A stretch of DNA of 29,670 bases from a virus. Taxonomy: Duplodnaviria; Caudoviricetes. Position numbers and translations under genes: made by a program. The stretch covers positions 1 through 29,670 of IMG/VR virus record IMGVR_UViG_3300023276_000523, one strand, 5' to 3'. The notes beneath the pieces are model-generated. The model made no database searches, was not told where the DNA came from, and saw only the letters and a program-made list of their open reading frames with translations. Positions within the stretch are counted from its first letter, which is position 1. The number at the start of each line of letters is the position of its first letter. Shown piece by piece: positions 28,301 to 29,670 of the stretch.

Positions 28301-29670
28301 ATAAAGAGTATATTATTACTCAAGAACAAGATAATAAAGTATTTAGAAACTCTAAAGGACAATTTACCAATGGTCCAACATTAGGATACTTAGATATGTT
28401 AATGCTAAGAGATGCTAATTTAGATATTAGCATTCAAGCTGATGGTAAAACTTTTAATATTAATGGAGAGTTTTATAATAATCTTAATTCAGAGCCTTCA
28501 AGCGCTATAGAATATGATAGTGAGGCTAATGTAGTATCTGTTACATTAACTAGATGGGATGGTAAAAAAATAACATTTACTAGTCCTTCTGTTACATATG
28601 AAATAGCAGATGTAATAGAAACACTAGAAGCTGTAAAGCGTACTAGATTTACAGAATTAGTTCAAGATGATTTCATGATTGTAGAGTATCAAGGTAATGA
28701 ATACATTTTGAGTTACGGACAAACAGACCTATTTACGCAAGGCTTAATTGCTAGAGATGAGAACGGAAACGTTCTTACTGGAGAGCTAAATGAAGCCGTA
28801 CTAAGATCAGGTAATATACAGTTAACAAATAAACTTCAAGAAACAGTTAATAATCTTAAAACAACATACAATGAAATTAGCACTACTCAACCGGATGCTA
28901 CCGGACGAATTACAAAAGGAATTATCCAGCAAGACCAAATGGGAGAGAGTAAAACATCTGAACTCGCTCAGAAACAACAAGAAGCAGAAGCCATTGCAGC
29001 AGGCACGACCAGTAACGCGACTCCAGCCGTAGAACAAACCACGGAAAGTTTAGAGGATCAAACTGTACTAACAGAAAATACTAAACAAAAAGTAGAAGAG
29101 AATGACATTACTATCGACGATCTGGATACGAGCACAGAAGCAATGGGAGGATGGAACCAAGTGGAGCAAAGCCCAGTATCTCAAAACGAAGAAAAACTGG
29201 AAGTTGTCGAAGCTACTTCGGGTAAGGAATCAGGGCAAACCGCCCAAGAGCAGTCGGAAGTAATAATAATTGAAGACAATCCTACTACAATAAATATGAG
29301 GGCTCTTCAAAAAACTTATCCTCAAGGTTGGAATCCACAATTTTTTGCTACAATGACCCAGTTTGGGGAGTATCAAAATGTAGTAGATTCAAACGGAAAC
29401 CTGATAGAAATCCTAGAAAGCCCAACAGGAAAAGCAAGTAACTTAGTATTTCTAGATGAGCTTACAGGCCCTCAATTAGAAGCATTAGAAAATAATGATC
29501 CAAACTATTTAAAACTTTATGTGTTTAAACCATTATTAAATGAAGCAGGTAAAGTAAAGAAAGAGGGTACAAAAGTATTAGAGACTGAAGAATTAGTACA
29601 GTTTCAAATGAAGAGGGGGAACAAAATAGGTCCTGCTGTACGAGTACAAATAAAAGATGATGCAGTAAAA
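25354..29670 (+). CDS. Giant virion cargo protein, 3'-truncated (at least 1439 aa); N-terminal part of the crAss-type large ejection/virion RNA polymerase-associated protein
   Basis: ATG 25354 follows an A-rich leader and the frame stays open to the window end (MAKKQKKVDGVDPTSGLP...RVQIKDDAVK), which is why the track missed it. Blocks WWASNGVSIVSSISMFLPG, SRHMENYREA, TEGVEEMWNF and AAFMGAIGGGIF. No RNAP catalytic motif is seen in the window, so the RNAP link is positional inference only. Confidence 0.8.
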   Translation, partial: MAKKQKKVDGVDPTSGLPIVEGLGNESLDPTTNLPKETSVSKQYQLPNGDWDMTDIINDQTALDFDNNRYNRPTVIPGNIYENSDIDWDVKDYGDIGRQLHRDQTGWSRFGGFLSQAVMGEIVGGTIQGFGAILDAMDGDLSDDFSNGITGFGEDVREWAREKTPIYLKPTSEDFRWGDGDWWASNGVSIVSSISMFLPGLAVTKGVGMAARGLRVLNVATKGLKSAKANAAIANSLNLSRTAKWLTKSSIMGLSSRHMENYREAAETFQLGYDKNFNYFGNQEKLDAYLKSPDGRSMLDKLGIGLDARNLRETAAKHIAGKSAAKAYNMNYVNLVFDIAQSALFFKGVGRSTRAGLFGHSKTAKGAQNAILKNPKLPKTRFGKVLAATPRARHWAFWSATEGVEEMWNFVSMQEGIHYGDVLAGNTGWENRDFIDGSFADRLNRYANDGEMWTAAFMGAIGGGIFTGVSSAKNAKAQKAKDAEAIKEINNRVDVLRESLKKRQKAEQRGDTNGMKEQDELMALGLALNAARAGTTDLLVDMLADPIYEELLGEYGVTGDEVASNRKALTDLILKTEKKFNSYVNRITGKKYSYGVANALTNMDMAVDIYQNLVNAVDEQINNLDESDAFTQQQFAIGPNTKKRYELKAKREAIQAQIDQLTYARQQAATESTNPDTEATESNKEALETMQFLDQLIEKATQIQSETEQESAALAKDSQESYDAKAFEAENKFLNEVNTDSKAYLEQRKGQFELNRDAAWTALQDMLNGKREDNAKVEQAFAEETEKDRVKRIIAEGREEVASSAASRAEEAINNGIKQDFRDLLNENPNITEQQIKEFFAEFMNNPVIAEYANKVIDLFISHETKKAYADIVEEMRAEAAEVSKEISEDINKSFVEMHEELFNPKLSRKEQARRVKIEQEQRENKAEWNKSMYGEKESQDFLITELFDNMTKHVTVVWGDKVGMLYMDTESNELIFREGETNKEYIITQEQDNKVFRNSKGQFTNGPTLGYLDMLMLRDANLDISIQADGKTFNINGEFYNNLNSEPSSAIEYDSEANVVSVTLTRWDGKKITFTSPSVTYEIADVIETLEAVKRTRFTELVQDDFMIVEYQGNEYILSYGQTDLFTQGLIARDENGNVLTGELNEAVLRSGNIQLTNKLQETVNNLKTTYNEISTTQPDATGRITKGIIQQDQMGESKTSELAQKQQEAEAIAAGTTSNATPAVEQTTESLEDQTVLTENTKQKVEENDITIDDLDTSTEAMGGWNQVEQSPVSQNEEKLEVVEATSGKESGQTAQEQSEVIIIEDNPTTINMRALQKTYPQGWNPQFFATMTQFGEYQNVVDSNGNLIEILESPTGKASNLVFLDELTGPQLEALENNDPNYLKLYVFKPLLNEAGKVKKEGTKVLETEELVQFQMKRGNKIGPAVRVQIKDDAVK
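28871..29032 (+). CDS. Candidate overprinted small ORF A (53 aa, +1 frame of the giant cargo gene)
   Basis: MKLALLNRMLPDELQKELSSKTKWERVKHLNSLRNNKKQKPLQQARPVTRLQP*. The leader taataatcttaaaacaacatacaATG resembles real leaders in this window, and main-frame GC3 is locally raised. Confidence 0.4.
   Translation: MKLALLNRMLPDELQKELSSKTKWERVKHLNSLRNNKKQKPLQQARPVTRLQP
29102..29263 (+). CDS. Candidate overprinted small ORF B (53 aa, +1 frame of the giant cargo gene)
   Basis: MTLLSTIWIRAQKQWEDGTKWSKAQYLKTKKNWKLSKLLRVRNQGKPPKSSRK*. A-rich leader; shares TKWxxxx[HY]L with ORF A; main-frame GC3 is locally raised. Confidence 0.4.
   Translation: MTLLSTIWIRAQKQWEDGTKWSKAQYLKTKKNWKLSKLLRVRNQGKPPKSSRK

Noticed and set aside
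1037-29037. All minus-strand ORFs in the track (60-129 aa)
   Set aside because: They are antisense shadows of long plus-strand genes, with no recognisable motifs and a composition explained by the opposite strand.
1-29670. Stop-codon reassignment (TAG or TGA), known in some crAss-like phages
   Set aside because: Multi-kilobase ORFs are intact in the standard code, and TAG ends genes at sensible boundaries (11320, 11732, 25334).
1-29670. tRNA, rRNA, CRISPR array, reverse transcriptase/DGR or integrase
   Set aside because: Intergenic gaps are too short for such elements, and no such motifs or template/variable repeat pair were seen by eye.

Overview
AT-rich, densely packed window with every credible gene on the + strand. 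It reads as the virion tail, lysis and ejection-protein module of a crAss-like (Crassvirales-type) phage of a Bacteroidetes host. Support for this: the gene order (ring/adaptor protein, IHF-like protein, tail tubular ring protein, large muzzle/tail-stabilization protein, then three very large cargo proteins); two exact Bacteroidetes TTG-N20/21-TAnnTTTG promoters; A-rich leaders without Shine-Dalgarno sites; and TAATG stop/start coupling. The standard genetic code fits. The first ORF is open from base 1, giving at least 2480 aa. It is a cysteine-repeat scaffold with a host-type beta-propeller, a matrixin-like HEXXHXXGXXH zinc protease and an unknown domain each inserted inside a repeat unit, and it ends in a vWA-like domain. 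Next come small structural/chaperone genes, a holin-like and a spanin-like gene, and a NUMOD1-metallophosphoesterase fusion. The second cargo protein ends in an M15 peptidoglycan peptidase domain. The last ORF (25354 to the window end, absent from the ORF track) contains two related 53-codon ORFs overprinted in its +1 frame. All family assignments come from motif recognition by eye; no database searches were run.
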